DNA from: an uncultured cyanobacterium
GTDB taxonomy: Bacteria; Cyanobacteriota; Cyanobacteriia; Cyanobacteriales; CAWCAG01
Reading direction: 5' to 3'
Assembly: GCA_963793425.1 (NCBI GenBank)
Contig: CAWCAG010000005.1
Location: 320,001-384,000, forward strand
Length of the DNA stretch: 64,000 nucleotides
Each line of letters opens with the position of its first letter. Positions within the stretch are counted from its first letter, which is position 1. A model generated the notes under the pieces. That model searched no databases, was not told where the DNA came from, and saw only the letters and a list, made by a program, of their open reading frames with translations. Positions 1-10,892 of this stretch are shown here, piece by piece. Made by a program: the position numbers and the translations under genes.

Positions 1-236
1 TACGCCATAACTTTCCCAGCAGCAATATATCACTTGAAGAGTAAGGAGGCTTTAGTCTACACCTGCTAATTTTCAATTTTGCTTAATATGTGATTTAGTT
101 AATTAAAATTTTCTGGTTCGCCAATTGTTCCCTTCCCTTGCTAGGATTTTGATACCCAGTCAATTCAGATTTGTTTACAGCAAAGAAAAATTGGCTTTCC
201 GGGCAAGCTAGTCTTATAAGCTAGGTATTAAAACTG

Positions 237-1055
237 ATGAATAACCCAGTCAATTCTTCCTATACTTCTCTTACTCTCAAGATAGTAGGTGTCATATTAA
301 TAATTTCTTCTTTACTCGATTACCTGGTTCTTGGTATTCCTTTTAAACCCCTCGATCCTATTTGGCAAATTAACTACGTTACCCAAATGGTAGACCGGGG
401 TATTATTCCTATGGTGGGCATAGCCTTTTTGGTTGTCGGTTACTGGATTGGTAATCTTAATACTGATGTAGCCAGTGGCACTCGCCCTGCTTCATCCTTT
501 AAGGATTTGCGGTTTTGGTCTTTTATTATTGCCAGTATTTTAGGCTTGATTTTCCTACTCATAGTGCCTTTACATTTAAACAATATCAACAAAGAAAAAT
601 CCAATGCCTTAGAGCAAATTGAGGAAAGAGCAGGTCAATTTGAAAGTCGCATTGCCCAAGAATCAGAACAGCTTGGGGCCCTTTTACAAAATGATCAAGC
701 CCTTGCCCAAATTAATGAAGCAATTGAAAGCGGTAAGGTTAATGGGCAAGAGCTTAACGATCAGCAAATTCAAGAATTAGAACAGCGTCGGGCATCCCTT
801 GAGGAACTTAAAGATAATCCTGAAGCTATAGAAGAGAGGATTTCAGAAGCAGAAAATCAGTTAGGTACACGTAAAAAAGAAGCAGAGAAAAATGCCAGGG
901 CTGAAGCTTTTAAGTTAGGAGTCCGGACAGGCATTAGTAGTTTGTTGTTAGCCATTGGTTACATGGTTATTGGCTGGACGGGCTTAAGGAGTGTAACTAG
1001 TGGTGCTTCAGGAGGTCGTCGTAAAGCTCCTAAAGGTGCTAAGAAACCAAAATAA
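237..1055 (+). CDS. hpsJ: HpsJ-family membrane protein (hormogonium polysaccharide locus-like)
   Basis: Three N-terminal TM segments with a 'TQMVDRGIIPMVGIAF' motif, a coiled-coil and a C-terminal TM; lies next to a GT2 gene. Confidence 0.65.
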   Translation: MNNPVNSSYTSLTLKIVGVILIISSLLDYLVLGIPFKPLDPIWQINYVTQMVDRGIIPMVGIAFLVVGYWIGNLNTDVASGTRPASSFKDLRFWSFIIASILGLIFLLIVPLHLNNINKEKSNALEQIEERAGQFESRIAQESEQLGALLQNDQALAQINEAIESGKVNGQELNDQQIQELEQRRASLEELKDNPEAIEERISEAENQLGTRKKEAEKNARAEAFKLGVRTGISSLLLAIGYMVIGWTGLRSVTSGASGGRRKAPKGAKKPK

Positions 1056-1065
1056 AGGCGTTGCG

Positions 1066-1188
1066 TAGGAGCGGGTTTGAAAGTTCAATTAGAGAGAAAA
1101 CCGTAAGCTAAATAAACCCGCCCTCTAGGGGTAGATTCAAAAATCCAATTAGTGAAGATTAAACCGTAAACTGAATAAACCCGCCCCT
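1066..1188. repeat. Two tandem REP-like imperfect palindromic units
   Basis: GCGGGTTT...AAACCCGCCC arms; 'aaaccgtaa(g/a)ct(a/g)aataaacccgccc' occurs twice, about 60 bp apart. Confidence 0.65.
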
Positions 1189-1209
1189 TGAACTGAATTA
1201 CACCAGGAA

Positions 1210-2043
1210 ATGTTCTCAATTTATATCCTGACCTACAACGAAGAAACAGAGATCGCTGCTTGTATTGAGTCAGCTTCAATGTGCGACGATATTGTAGTGG
1301 TAGACTCTTTCAGCAGCGATCGCACCGTAGAAATTGCCCAAAATTATCCAGTTCGAGTAGAACAGCACGTTTTTGAAAGTCATGGTCACCAGCGGACTTG
1401 GATGTTGCAAGAAGTTACGACAAAGTTCGATTGGGTTTATATTTTAGAAGCGGATGAACGTCTGACCCCAGAGTTATTTGGAGAGTGCCAGCAAGTAATT
1501 CAATCCCCAGAACATATTGGTTACTATGTGGCGGAAAGAGTTATGTTTATGGGGAAGTGGATACGCTACTCTACCCAGTACCCTCGTTACCAAATGCGCC
1601 TGTTTCGGAAAGATTCTGTTTGGTTTGATGATTACGGGCATACAGAAAGGGAAGTATGTAATGGTTCCACGGGTTTTTTAAAAGAAACCTATCCCCACTA
1701 TACCAGTGGCAAGGGTTTTAGCCGTTGGCTAGAAAAGCACAATCGTTACTCCACCGACGAAGCTAAAGAAACTTTAAAACAATTAGACCAGGGCAAGGTT
1801 AACTTACTAACTTTATTTTTTGGTGTTTCCGAAGTAGAAAGAAGAAGGGCCCTAAAAGATTTATCTCTACGTCTGCCTTTGCGTCCCCTACTACGCTTCT
1901 TTTATATGTATTTCTTACTTCTTGGCATTCTCGATGGTAAGGCAGGATTTAATTGGTGTATGTTGCAAGCTTTTTATGAATATTTGATTTTACTTAAGGT
2001 TTGGGAACTAAAACATACAAAAGTATCAAAGCAAAGCTCCTAA
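1210..2043 (+). CDS. Glycosyltransferase family 2
   Basis: 'SIYILTYNEE', 'VVVDSFSSDRT', 'ILEADE' (DxD-like) and 'QMRLF' GT2 motifs. Confidence 0.9.
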   Translation: MFSIYILTYNEETEIAACIESASMCDDIVVVDSFSSDRTVEIAQNYPVRVEQHVFESHGHQRTWMLQEVTTKFDWVYILEADERLTPELFGECQQVIQSPEHIGYYVAERVMFMGKWIRYSTQYPRYQMRLFRKDSVWFDDYGHTEREVCNGSTGFLKETYPHYTSGKGFSRWLEKHNRYSTDEAKETLKQLDQGKVNLLTLFFGVSEVERRRALKDLSLRLPLRPLLRFFYMYFLLLGILDGKAGFNWCMLQAFYEYLILLKVWELKHTKVSKQSS

Positions 2044-2215
2044 GCCGATAGCCAAGGGTTTTGCCTACCCCAAAATGTTAAAATGTAAATCATGATACTT
2101 AAGAAAAGAAAATTCTCTCACTCTTGGTTGCCAAATTTAGAGCAAAACTAAATTGAAACATTTTTTTACAAAAGTTACATAATGTAAGAAGAGAGTTATC
2201 AAATATTAAACTGCT

Positions 2216-3061
2216 GTGCCATCTAGAGAATTTAATTCCAACCGAGGGCAAAAAAATCCCTCATCTAGTCATAAGGAGAAGTCACATTCTGTGATTCAGC
2301 GCCTAAAGCAGGATATCAAAAACTACCTCATTGCAGGGCTTTTGGTTGTAATTCCTTTAGCTACAACTATTTGGTTAACCATAACCATTGCTAATTGGGT
2401 TATTAATTTTCTCACCAGAATCCCCAAACAGGTTAATCCCTTTCATAGTCTCAACCCAATTTTGACGAATTTAATAGATTTGTCTGTGGGGTTAGCGGTT
2501 CCTTTAATTGCCATTCTTTTAATTGGCATTATGGCTCGCAACATTGCCGGACAATGGTTATTAAACTTGGGAGAGAGAATCTTACAAGCAATTCCTTTAG
2601 CAGGTTCAGTTTATAAAACCCTTAAGCAGATCCTGGAAACTTTGCTGCAAGATTCTAATAGTAAGTTTCGCCGAGTGGTTATGGTAGAGTATCCTCGCCG
2701 AGACGTTTGGACTTTAGGGTTTGTGACAGGGAGTGTGAGTGGTGAGTTAAAGGCTAATTTTTCCCGCAAGATGCTCAGTGTTTTTATTCCTACTACTCCT
2801 AACCCAACTTCAGGTTGGTATGCAATGGTTCCTGAAGATGATGTGATTAGCCTTTCTATGTCCATTGAAGATGCTTTTAAGGTGCTGATTTCAGGGGGAA
2901 TCGTTAACCCCAAAAACTCCTCAGATACAGTGCCAATTGCCTTACCAAATGCAGCTAGTAACAAAAAGATGCCGAGAAAAAAAGAGCTAGCCTTAGAGCC
3001 ATCTTTAACCAATATATCCGAAGAAAAACGACAAGTTTTTCCCCTTGAAGAAGAGGGATGA
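2216..3061 (+). CDS. DUF502 membrane protein (start may be the GTG near 2291)
   Basis: 'LIAGLLVVIPLATT', 'VMVEYPR', 'FIPTTPNPTSG' motifs; usual position upstream of nusB in cyanobacteria. Confidence 0.85.
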   Translation: MPSREFNSNRGQKNPSSSHKEKSHSVIQRLKQDIKNYLIAGLLVVIPLATTIWLTITIANWVINFLTRIPKQVNPFHSLNPILTNLIDLSVGLAVPLIAILLIGIMARNIAGQWLLNLGERILQAIPLAGSVYKTLKQILETLLQDSNSKFRRVVMVEYPRRDVWTLGFVTGSVSGELKANFSRKMLSVFIPTTPNPTSGWYAMVPEDDVISLSMSIEDAFKVLISGGIVNPKNSSDTVPIALPNAASNKKMPRKKELALEPSLTNISEEKRQVFPLEEEG

Positions 3062-3108
3062 TGGGGAGATGGGGAGATAGGGAGATAGGGAGCTAGGGAG
3101 CTAGGGAG
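3055..3108. repeat. Short tandem repeat (8-mers GGGAGATG/GGGAGATA/GGGAGCTA)
   Basis: Directly visible tandem array. Confidence 0.8.
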
Positions 3109-3196
3109 AAAACAACTAGCAATTAGCCATTAGCCAGTTAGCTTTTAATGTACACTGAGAACCTGATGTCATCTACCCAATATAATTCTTCTCACC

Positions 3197-3829
3197 ATGC
3201 CACCTCGAAAACAACCCCGTCGCATTGCGCGGGAACTGGCTCTTTTAAGTTTGAGTCAAATCAGCGATAAACAAAGCAAATTAGCTACTGAGAACTTAAA
3301 TAGCTTGGTTTTAGCCGCAATTCGTGCTTTAACCTTAGAAGTACAAGAAGCTTTGGAATCTGCTGCTGCTGAAGTAAAAAGAGGTAGCGATCGCCTTTTG
3401 ACAACGGAGACTCGTTATACAACCATAGAAAGCTCTAAGGCTATGGTAACAGAAGCAATTGAGTTGACTCAAGCAGCAATTAATCGCTTAGGAACAGCTT
3501 TAGAGTTACCAGAATTCATTCAACTGGCTAACCAAGCAGAAGTACAAACCTATACTTTAGAGTTGGTTGCTACGGTGAAACGCCGTCAAGTTGAAATTGA
3601 TGGGCAAATAGAATCAGCGTTGGTAGACTGGCAATTAAACCGCCTCCCTCAAATAGACCGAGATATTCTTCGTATTTCCGTAGGAGAAATATTGTTTCTT
3701 GATATTCCCCAAAAAGTGGCCATTAATGAAGCAGTAGAATTAGCTAAGAGCTACTCCGATGAAAAAGGACATCGGTTTATCAATGGGGTGTTAAGACGGG
3801 TGACGGAACAAATCATTCATAATAGCTAA
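3197..3829 (+). CDS. nusB: Transcription antitermination factor NusB
   Basis: 'RRIARELAL', '[16 protein letters not shown]', '[11 protein letters not shown]', 'FINGVL'. Confidence 0.95.
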   Translation: MPPRKQPRRIARELALLSLSQISDKQSKLATENLNSLVLAAIRALTLEVQEALESAAAEVKRGSDRLLTTETRYTTIESSKAMVTEAIELTQAAINRLGTALELPEFIQLANQAEVQTYTLELVATVKRRQVEIDGQIESALVDWQLNRLPQIDRDILRISVGEILFLDIPQKVAINEAVELAKSYSDEKGHRFINGVLRRVTEQIIHNS

Positions 3830-3870
3830 TAGCTGATGGCTAATTGCTAACTGATAACTGACAACTAATT

Positions 3871-5430
3871 ATGTTTAACTGGTTCCGTAGGCAGCATAAA
3901 GACAAAGGGAAAGAACAAGAAACCCAAAAAACAGAGTCAACCCCCTCAGAAACCCAGGAATCTGTGGAGGAAAAGACTCAAGAGAGTAGCGAACCTAGTC
4001 AAGAAGATTATTTACAATGGGCTAAAGCTGCTTATCAAAACATTCAACAACGTCAGTCACAAGAAGTTGAAGAAGAATCTGTTGAAACTGTAGCAGAAGA
4101 GGAGATAGAATCTTCTGAACCCGTCGCAGAAACTGTTACTGAAGAAGAATCTGTTGAACCAGTAGCTGAACAAGGAACAGAAACCTCTGAAACTGTAGCA
4201 GAAGAGGAGATAGAATCTTCTGAACCTGTCGCAGAAACTGTTGTTGAAGAAGCATCTGTTGAACCAGTAACTGAACAAGAAACAGAAGCAGAAACCACAA
4301 AACCGGTTCCTGTTTGGATGCGTAAATCCGATGGTTTGGAGCGTCTTAAGGAAACAGCCGTAGATATAGAAGACACTCCAGACCGCCCTATAAGAACCGC
4401 CTCGCAGCAAGAAAGTGAGGTTGCTTTTGATGAAGACTTTATGTGGTCAGCCCAGGTTCTTGCTTCTCAGGGACGCAATCCAGAAGAGATTTCCGCAGAA
4501 GAAATTCAGTGGCTGAAAAAGCTACGCCAAGGATTAGGTAAAACTCGCCGCAGTCTTATTAATCAGCTTAAATCAGTTGTAGGTCAAGGCCCCCTCAACC
4601 AAGCTGCTGTGACAGAGATTGAGGAGTTGCTTTTGCAAGCTGATGTGGGTTTTGAGGCGACGGATTTTATTATTGAAACCCTACAAAATAAGCTGAAAGA
4701 AGAGGCTTTACCCCCAGAAGCGGCGATCGCCTATTTAAAACAAATTATTCAAGATTTACTCGATAAGCCGTTACAAGCACTTGAAACAGAAGAATTCGTT
4801 CCAGAAAAGAATATCCTTAATGTTTGGCTGCTTACTGGGGTTAATGGTGCAGGAAAAACGACAACTATTGGTAAACTAGCTCATATGGCCCAAAGTTCCG
4901 GCTATAGTTGTATAATCGCTGCGGCTGATACCTTTCGCGCTGCTGCGGTAGAACAGGTTAAGGTTTGGGGAGAAAGAAGCAATACCCCAGTTATCGCCAA
5001 TCCAGGGCAAAATACTGATCCAGCGGCAGTTGTTTTTGATGCTATTACCGCTGCCCAATCTAAAAATACAGAGTTGTTACTGGTAGATACGGCGGGTAGG
5101 TTACAGAATAAGAAAAATTTGATGGATGAATTAGCAAAAGTGAGGCGTATTATTGATAAGAAAGCCCCTGGTGCTAAGGTAGAATCCTTGTTGGTTTTAG
5201 ACGCAACTTTGGGGCAAAATGGTTTACGTCAAGCTCAAGTTTTCTCTGAAGCAGCTAAGTTAAGCGGTGTCGTTTTAACTAAGCTAGATGGTACAGCTAA
5301 AGGAGGTGTAGCTTTAGCAGTGGTACAACAGCTTAACCTACCTATTCGCTTTGTCGGTGCAGGGGAAGGTATTGAGGATTTACGTCCCTTTTCTAGTTAC
5401 GAATTTGTTGAGGCGTTGATTAGTGGCTGA
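3871..5430 (+). CDS. ftsY: Signal recognition particle receptor FtsY with acidic, repeat-containing N-terminus
   Basis: GVNGAGKTTT, DTFRAAA, DTAGR, TKLDGTAKGG. Confidence 0.97.
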   Translation: MFNWFRRQHKDKGKEQETQKTESTPSETQESVEEKTQESSEPSQEDYLQWAKAAYQNIQQRQSQEVEEESVETVAEEEIESSEPVAETVTEEESVEPVAEQGTETSETVAEEEIESSEPVAETVVEEASVEPVTEQETEAETTKPVPVWMRKSDGLERLKETAVDIEDTPDRPIRTASQQESEVAFDEDFMWSAQVLASQGRNPEEISAEEIQWLKKLRQGLGKTRRSLINQLKSVVGQGPLNQAAVTEIEELLLQADVGFEATDFIIETLQNKLKEEALPPEAAIAYLKQIIQDLLDKPLQALETEEFVPEKNILNVWLLTGVNGAGKTTTIGKLAHMAQSSGYSCIIAAADTFRAAAVEQVKVWGERSNTPVIANPGQNTDPAAVVFDAITAAQSKNTELLLVDTAGRLQNKKNLMDELAKVRRIIDKKAPGAKVESLLVLDATLGQNGLRQAQVFSEAAKLSGVVLTKLDGTAKGGVALAVVQQLNLPIRFVGAGEGIEDLRPFSSYEFVEALISG

Positions 5431-5511
5431 TTGATCTATTTAACTGGGCTGAAGGTAAAATTTCACTAATTTGAAGATAAAGAGCTAATTCCTTTTTTGA
5501 GAATATTTAGC

Positions 5512-5661
5512 CTATGACCTAAAAATTTCCATTCCTTCTCCAAAATAGCGGTCAAAAATTAATAACCTTGCTCCTGCCCCAACTAAAATCATTGGTAAAT
5601 TTAAAGCGTTAACTGTAGCTATTAAATCAGTCAAAATCTGTTTTTCTTCACTACTAATCAT
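5512..5661 (-). pseudogene. Truncated N-terminus of an AbiEii-like nucleotidyltransferase toxin (49 codons)
   Basis: Reads MISSEEKQILTDLIATVNALNLPMILVGAGARLLIFDRYFGEG...; ATG overlaps the 3' end of the upstream ORF; 'LVGAGAR' resembles an NTase Gly motif; stops before the DxD. Confidence 0.55.
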
Positions 5662-5854
5662 CTTTTTGAGCTATTTCTTCAATTTTAATTTCACATACAT
5701 AATCAACAGCTTTATCAGCAGTTTTAATTATTAAATGCCCATCTGCTAAAACTTCATTGCTAAAGTAAGGTTCGCCTTGGATAGTTACCTTAATATTAGG
5801 TAGTGATTGAAGATAAGCAAGGCATTTTTGGAACAGTGGGTTTTTGGGAGTCAT
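5654..5854 (-). pseudogene. Internally deleted AbiEi-like (type IV TA) antitoxin remnant
   Basis: N-terminus resembles cyanobacterial AbiEi antitoxins ('ADGHLII...DYVCEIK') then ends abruptly; translationally coupled to the toxin-like remnant. Confidence 0.5.
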
Positions 5855-6070
5855 TGATTATTCCCCACTTGAAAGTATGAATGTTTATTATAAACCTATT
5901 ACTCATAACTAATTCCTGCGCTGTTCTCTACCTCGACAAAGGGTTAAACTAATCTTATCCCAGCACATATCTTTAACAACTCTACTTTTGGCTACTGATG
6001 GGTTTGTGGCTCCTCCGATACAATAGTCATAGTGGGGTAAATATATAGATTCAACTTTTGGAGAATTATA

Positions 6071-6289
6071 ATGGAACCATCTTGGGAACCCATTAGTGAT
6101 CTTACTAGCGGAGGAGGATACACAGATACTTTCTTAAAAAAAGACCCATCAGTAGATTCTGAAGAGCGGCTAAAATTAGCTGCTAAAATTCTTAAAGACC
6201 CCATTTTACAAATAAAATTAAGCGATCGCGTTTATGAACTAATGTTGGCGGATCTTCAACTACAAAACGAACGCCACTTTAATTATTGA
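6071..6289 (+). CDS. Small CIS-associated protein
   Basis: 72 aa directly upstream of the tube gene; C-terminal helix 'LSDRVYELMLADLQLQNERH' resembles the C-terminus of the repeat protein. Confidence 0.7.
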   Translation: MEPSWEPISDLTSGGGYTDTFLKKDPSVDSEERLKLAAKILKDPILQIKLSDRVYELMLADLQLQNERHFNY

Positions 6290-6321
6290 AAAATAGTTTA
6301 TCTATAACCTTTTAATTAACA

Positions 6322-6831
6322 ATGGCTGATTCAAAATCCTCTCCCGCAGAACTAAATTATGTTACAACTAACCGTTTCTATGTAGAAATCAGTGGCGATA
6401 TCAAAGCTTGTTTTAATGAATGTTCGGGTTTAGGAATAACCGTCAAAGCTGAAAAACATCGTGAAGGTGGTGTTAATAATCAACAGCGAGTCGTTTTAGG
6501 GCAAGCAGATTTTTCAGATGTTACCCTAAAAAGGGGGGTAACTAATGATTTCGCCTTTTGGGATTGGGTGCAAGCATCCTTAACTGGAGGTTCCAATGGT
6601 AATAGACGGCGGACTGTTAACATCCTCACTTTTAACCAAGCTGGCGAAACAATGCAATCTTGGACTTTAATTGGTGCAGTAGCTATTAGCTGGAAAGCAC
6701 CTTCATTGAAAGCAGATGGCAACAATGTGGGTATAGAAGAACTAACTTTAGCTTATGAAGGATTGAAAGTTGGTTCAAGTTCTGCGAGCGCAACCGCGAA
6801 AAAACGCGATGCAAAAGGTTATTATGGCTAA
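6322..6831 (+). CDS. Phage tail tube protein (T4 gp19-like; Afp1/Afp5-type CIS tube)
   Basis: 'NRFYVEI..F.ECSGL', 'EGG', 'VTLKRG', 'W..P.L.A', 'IEELTLAYEG'. Confidence 0.92.
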   Translation: MADSKSSPAELNYVTTNRFYVEISGDIKACFNECSGLGITVKAEKHREGGVNNQQRVVLGQADFSDVTLKRGVTNDFAFWDWVQASLTGGSNGNRRRTVNILTFNQAGETMQSWTLIGAVAISWKAPSLKADGNNVGIEELTLAYEGLKVGSSSASATAKKRDAKGYYG

Positions 6832-6841
6832 AGTATAAGCT

Positions 6842-9800
6842 ATGGCAGAATCACTAGATAATAGCAATACTTCTTTTTATGGGGAAGAAAGTCTTTCTTC
6901 TTCAAAACCGCTTGGATTACAGAATCCTCTAGTACCTTCTGCCCCCCTCGGACAAAGTTTTCTTTCTCCCCAATTTCTTTCCCCTGTAGCAAGAGAACCC
7001 TTAGTTAATCAACAGCTACTACAATTAAAGCCCAGAGAAGCTAACGAAGGTTTAATCAGTGAGTCAAATCCTTTAATAGAATCAGGGGCGATCGCACCAC
7101 AATCAGCAATGCCCCAAGCATTAGCAAGTCAAGCAACAGCTACAGCCTCTTCACCTATAAGTGACACATCTATTTTTGAAACGGCTTCTTCAAGTTTACT
7201 TCAAGCATTTCCCCAAGAAGAATCAGCGACGACATCACCTGAAAGCGTAGCAAATTCTGCTGTTTTAGCAACGAGTTCAGTAACTGAATCACTAATTCAA
7301 GCATCTCCTCAACAAGAATCTACCTCAATATCTCCAGAAAGTGAAACTTCTTTAACTTCATCTATTGATGAACAAACATCAGTAACTGAACCATTAATTC
7401 AGGCTTCTCCAACACCACCAGAAAGTGAAACTTCTTTAACTTCATCTATTGCTGAACAAACATCAGTAACCGAACCATTAATTCAGGCTTCTCCAACATC
7501 TCCAGAAAGTGAACCTTCTTCGACTCCATCTATTGCTGAAACAACATCAGTAGCTGAACCATTAATTCAGGCTTCCCCTCAACAAGAATCTGCCTCAACA
7601 CCTCTAGAAAGTGAAACTTCTTTAACTCCATCTATTGACGAACAAACATCAGTAACTGAACCATTAATTCAAGCTTCTCCAACATCTCCAGAAAGTGAAC
7701 CTTCTTCGACTCCATCTCTTGCTGAAACAACACCAGTAACTGAACCAATAATTCAAGCTTTCCCTCAACAAGAATCTGCCTCAATATCTCCAGAAAGTGA
7801 ACCTTCTTTAACTCCATCTATTAATGAACAAACATCAGTAACTGAACCATTAATTCAGGCTTTCTCAACAAGAATCTGCCTCAACACCACCAGAAAGTGA
7901 AACTTCTTTAACTCCATCTATTGATGAACAAACATCAGTAACTGAACCAATAATTCAAGCTTCTCCAACACCACCAGAAAGTGAAACTTCTTTAACTCCA
8001 TCTATTAATGAACAAACATCAGTAAATGAACCATTAATTCAGGCTTCTCCAACACCACCAGAAAGTGAACCTTCTTCGACTCCATCTATTGATGAACAAA
8101 CATCAGTAAATGAACCATTAATTCAAGCTTCTCCAACACCACCAGAAAGTGAAACTTCTTTAACTCCATCTATTAATGAACAAACATCAGTAACTGAACC
8201 ATTAATTCAAGCTTCTCCAACATCTCCAGAAAGTGAACCTTCTTCGACTCCATCTATTGCTGAAACAACATCAGTAGCTGAACCATTAATTCAGGCTTTC
8301 CCTCAACAAGAATCTGCCTCAATATCTCCAGAAAGTGAAACTTCTTTAACTCCATCTATTGACGAACAAACATCAGTAACTGAACCATTAATTCAGGCTT
8401 CTCCAACACCACCAGAAAGTGAAACTTCTTTAACTTCATCTATTGATGAACAAACATCAGTAACTGAACCATTAATTCAGGCTTTCCCTCAACAAGAATC
8501 TGCCTCAACATCTCCAGAAAGTGAAACTTCTTTAACTCCATCTATTAACGAACAAACATCAGTAACTGAACCATTAATTCAGGCTTTCCCTCAACAAGAA
8601 TCTGCCTCAATATCTCCAGAAAGTGAAACTTCTTTAACTCCATCTATTGATGAACAAACATCAGTAACTGAACCATTAATTCAGGCTTCTCCAACACCAC
8701 CAGAAAGTGAACCTTCTTCGACTCCATCTATTGCTGAAACAACATCAGTAGCTGAACCAATAATTCAGGCTTCCCCTCAACAAGAATCCGCCTCAACATC
8801 TCCAGAAAGTGAAACTTCTTTAACTCCATCTATTGCTGAAACAACATCAGTAACCGAACCATTAATTCAGGCTTCTCCAACACCACCAGAAAGTGAAACT
8901 TCTTTAACTCCATCTGCTGCTGAAACAACATCAGTAACCGAATCATTAATTCAAGCTTCTCCTCAACAAGATTCTGTATCAACACCTCCAGTTAGCGAAA
9001 CTTCTTTGACTTCATCTGTTGCTGAAACAACATCAGCAACCGAACCGATAATTCAAGCTTCCCCTCAACAAGATGCTGCATCAACATCAGCAGAAAGTGA
9101 AACTTCTCCAAGTTCATCAATTAATAAACAAACATCGGTAACTGAATCATTAATTCAAGCTTCTCCTCAACAAGATTCTGTATCAATACCTCCAGAAAGT
9201 GAAACTACTTCACCTCCATCTGTTGCTGAAACAACATCAGTAACTGAACCAATAATTCAGGCTTCTCCGCAACAAGATGCTGTATCATCATCTCCATCTA
9301 GTGAACCTTCTTTAACTCCATCTATTAATGAACAAACATCAGTAACTGAACCAATAATTCAGGCTTCCCCTCAACAAGATTCTGTATCAATACCTCCAGA
9401 AAGTGAAACTACTTCACCTCCATCTGTTGCTGAAACAACATCAGTAACTGAACCAATAATTCAGGCTTCTCCGCAACAAGATGCTGTATCATCATCTCCA
9501 TCTAGTGAACCTTCTTTAACTCCATCTATTAATGAACAAACATCAGTAACTGAACCAATAATTCAGGCTTCCCCTCAACAAGATTCTGTATCAATACCTC
9601 CAGAAAGTGAAACTACTTCACCTCCATCTGTTGCTGAAACAACATCAGTAACTGAATCAATAATTCAGGCTTCCCCTCAACAAGATTCTGTATCAATACC
9701 TCCAGAAAGTGAAACTACTTCACCTCCATCTGTTGCTGAAACAACATCAGTAACTGAACCAATAATTCAGGCTTCTCCGCAACAAGATGCTGTATCATCA

Positions 9801-10850
9801 TCTCCATCTAGTGAACCTTCTTTAACTCCATCTATTAATGAACAAACATCAGTAACTGAACCAATAATTCAGGCTTCTCCGCAACAAGATGCTGTATCAT
9901 CATCTCCATCTAGTGAACCTTCTTTAACTCCATCTATTAATGAACAAACATCAGTAACTGAACCAATAATTCAGGCTTCCCCTCAACAAGATTCTGTATC
10001 AATACCTCCAGAAAGTGAAACTACTTCACCTCCATCTGTTGCTGAAACAACATCAGTAACTGAATCAATAATTCAGGCTTCCCCGCAACAAGAGTTGGTA
10101 TCAACACCTCCAGAATTAGACACTTCTGAAACCATACCTATATTACCTACAGTTTTAGATAATATAGCTGTCACAACTCCTCTTGGTAATAGCAATCCTC
10201 TTGTTCAAGAAAGCAATTTTATTACCCCATCCTCTACAATTAGTTCTGGTGAATTGCCAGCAAGTATTCAAGCTAAACCAGAAGTAGCTTCTAATGCCAA
10301 CTCTACTAGTAGTAATTCCATCATCAAACCCTTTATTTCAAGTCAATTAGATAACTCTTCCGCAACAAAGGGATCTAATCCTCAAGGAGTAAAAGAATCT
10401 GAAACAAAACCAAATTTCTCTGCCGATGTACCCAGTTCTTGGTCTAGTATTAGCGAATTATTAGGGGCAAGTAATGTTGATTCTGTAAAAAACTCTTCTT
10501 CAAACCAAACGGTGCAGAAACAAACCGAGGAAGTAAGTTTACAAAGTCCAGTTATACAGAAAAAAGAAGACAATTCCAGGAATAATGATAACGGAGATAA
10601 TAAGTACTCAGGAATCACTTCAAACTTAGTACAAGAAACTTTACTTCAAATGTATTCCTCAGAAGCAACAGAAACTTCAACGGATGAGGAAGAAGAAGTG
10701 GTCTTGTCATCTTATAATTCTAGTAATTCTTCGGGAGGAGAGGAAAATAGTCAAGAAGCCCAGGAAAGAAATTTAGATATTCTGGCTAGAGAAATTTACT
10801 CTCTGATTAGACAACGCTTAGAAATTGAGCGAGAAAGACATGGCTGGTAA
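6842..10850 (+). pseudogene. Very large S/T/P/E-rich tandem-repeat CIS protein (~1336 aa), split by a 2-bp deletion near 7864 (real lesion or assembly error)
   Basis: ORFs 6842-7900 and 9006-10850 share one repeat; the unit at ~7853 is 100 bp instead of 102 (gctttctcaa vs gctttccctcaa); restoring CC joins the two frames. Confidence 0.8.
7275..10092 (+). repeat. Coding tandem array, ~30 units of 84 or 102 bp (28 or 34 aa; TSVTEP[LI]IQASP...)
   Basis: 'attca(a/g)gc' recurs 30 times at 84- or 102-bp spacing from ~7295 to ~10071. Confidence 0.95.
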
Positions 10851-10892
10851 GCAGATTAACTTTAACTAAAACAACTTGACATAGGAGCAAAT

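Noticed and set aside
7275..10092. Possible CRISPR array
   Set aside because: Whole units are repeated with no unique spacers, unit lengths are multiples of 3 with an open frame, and no cas genes are present
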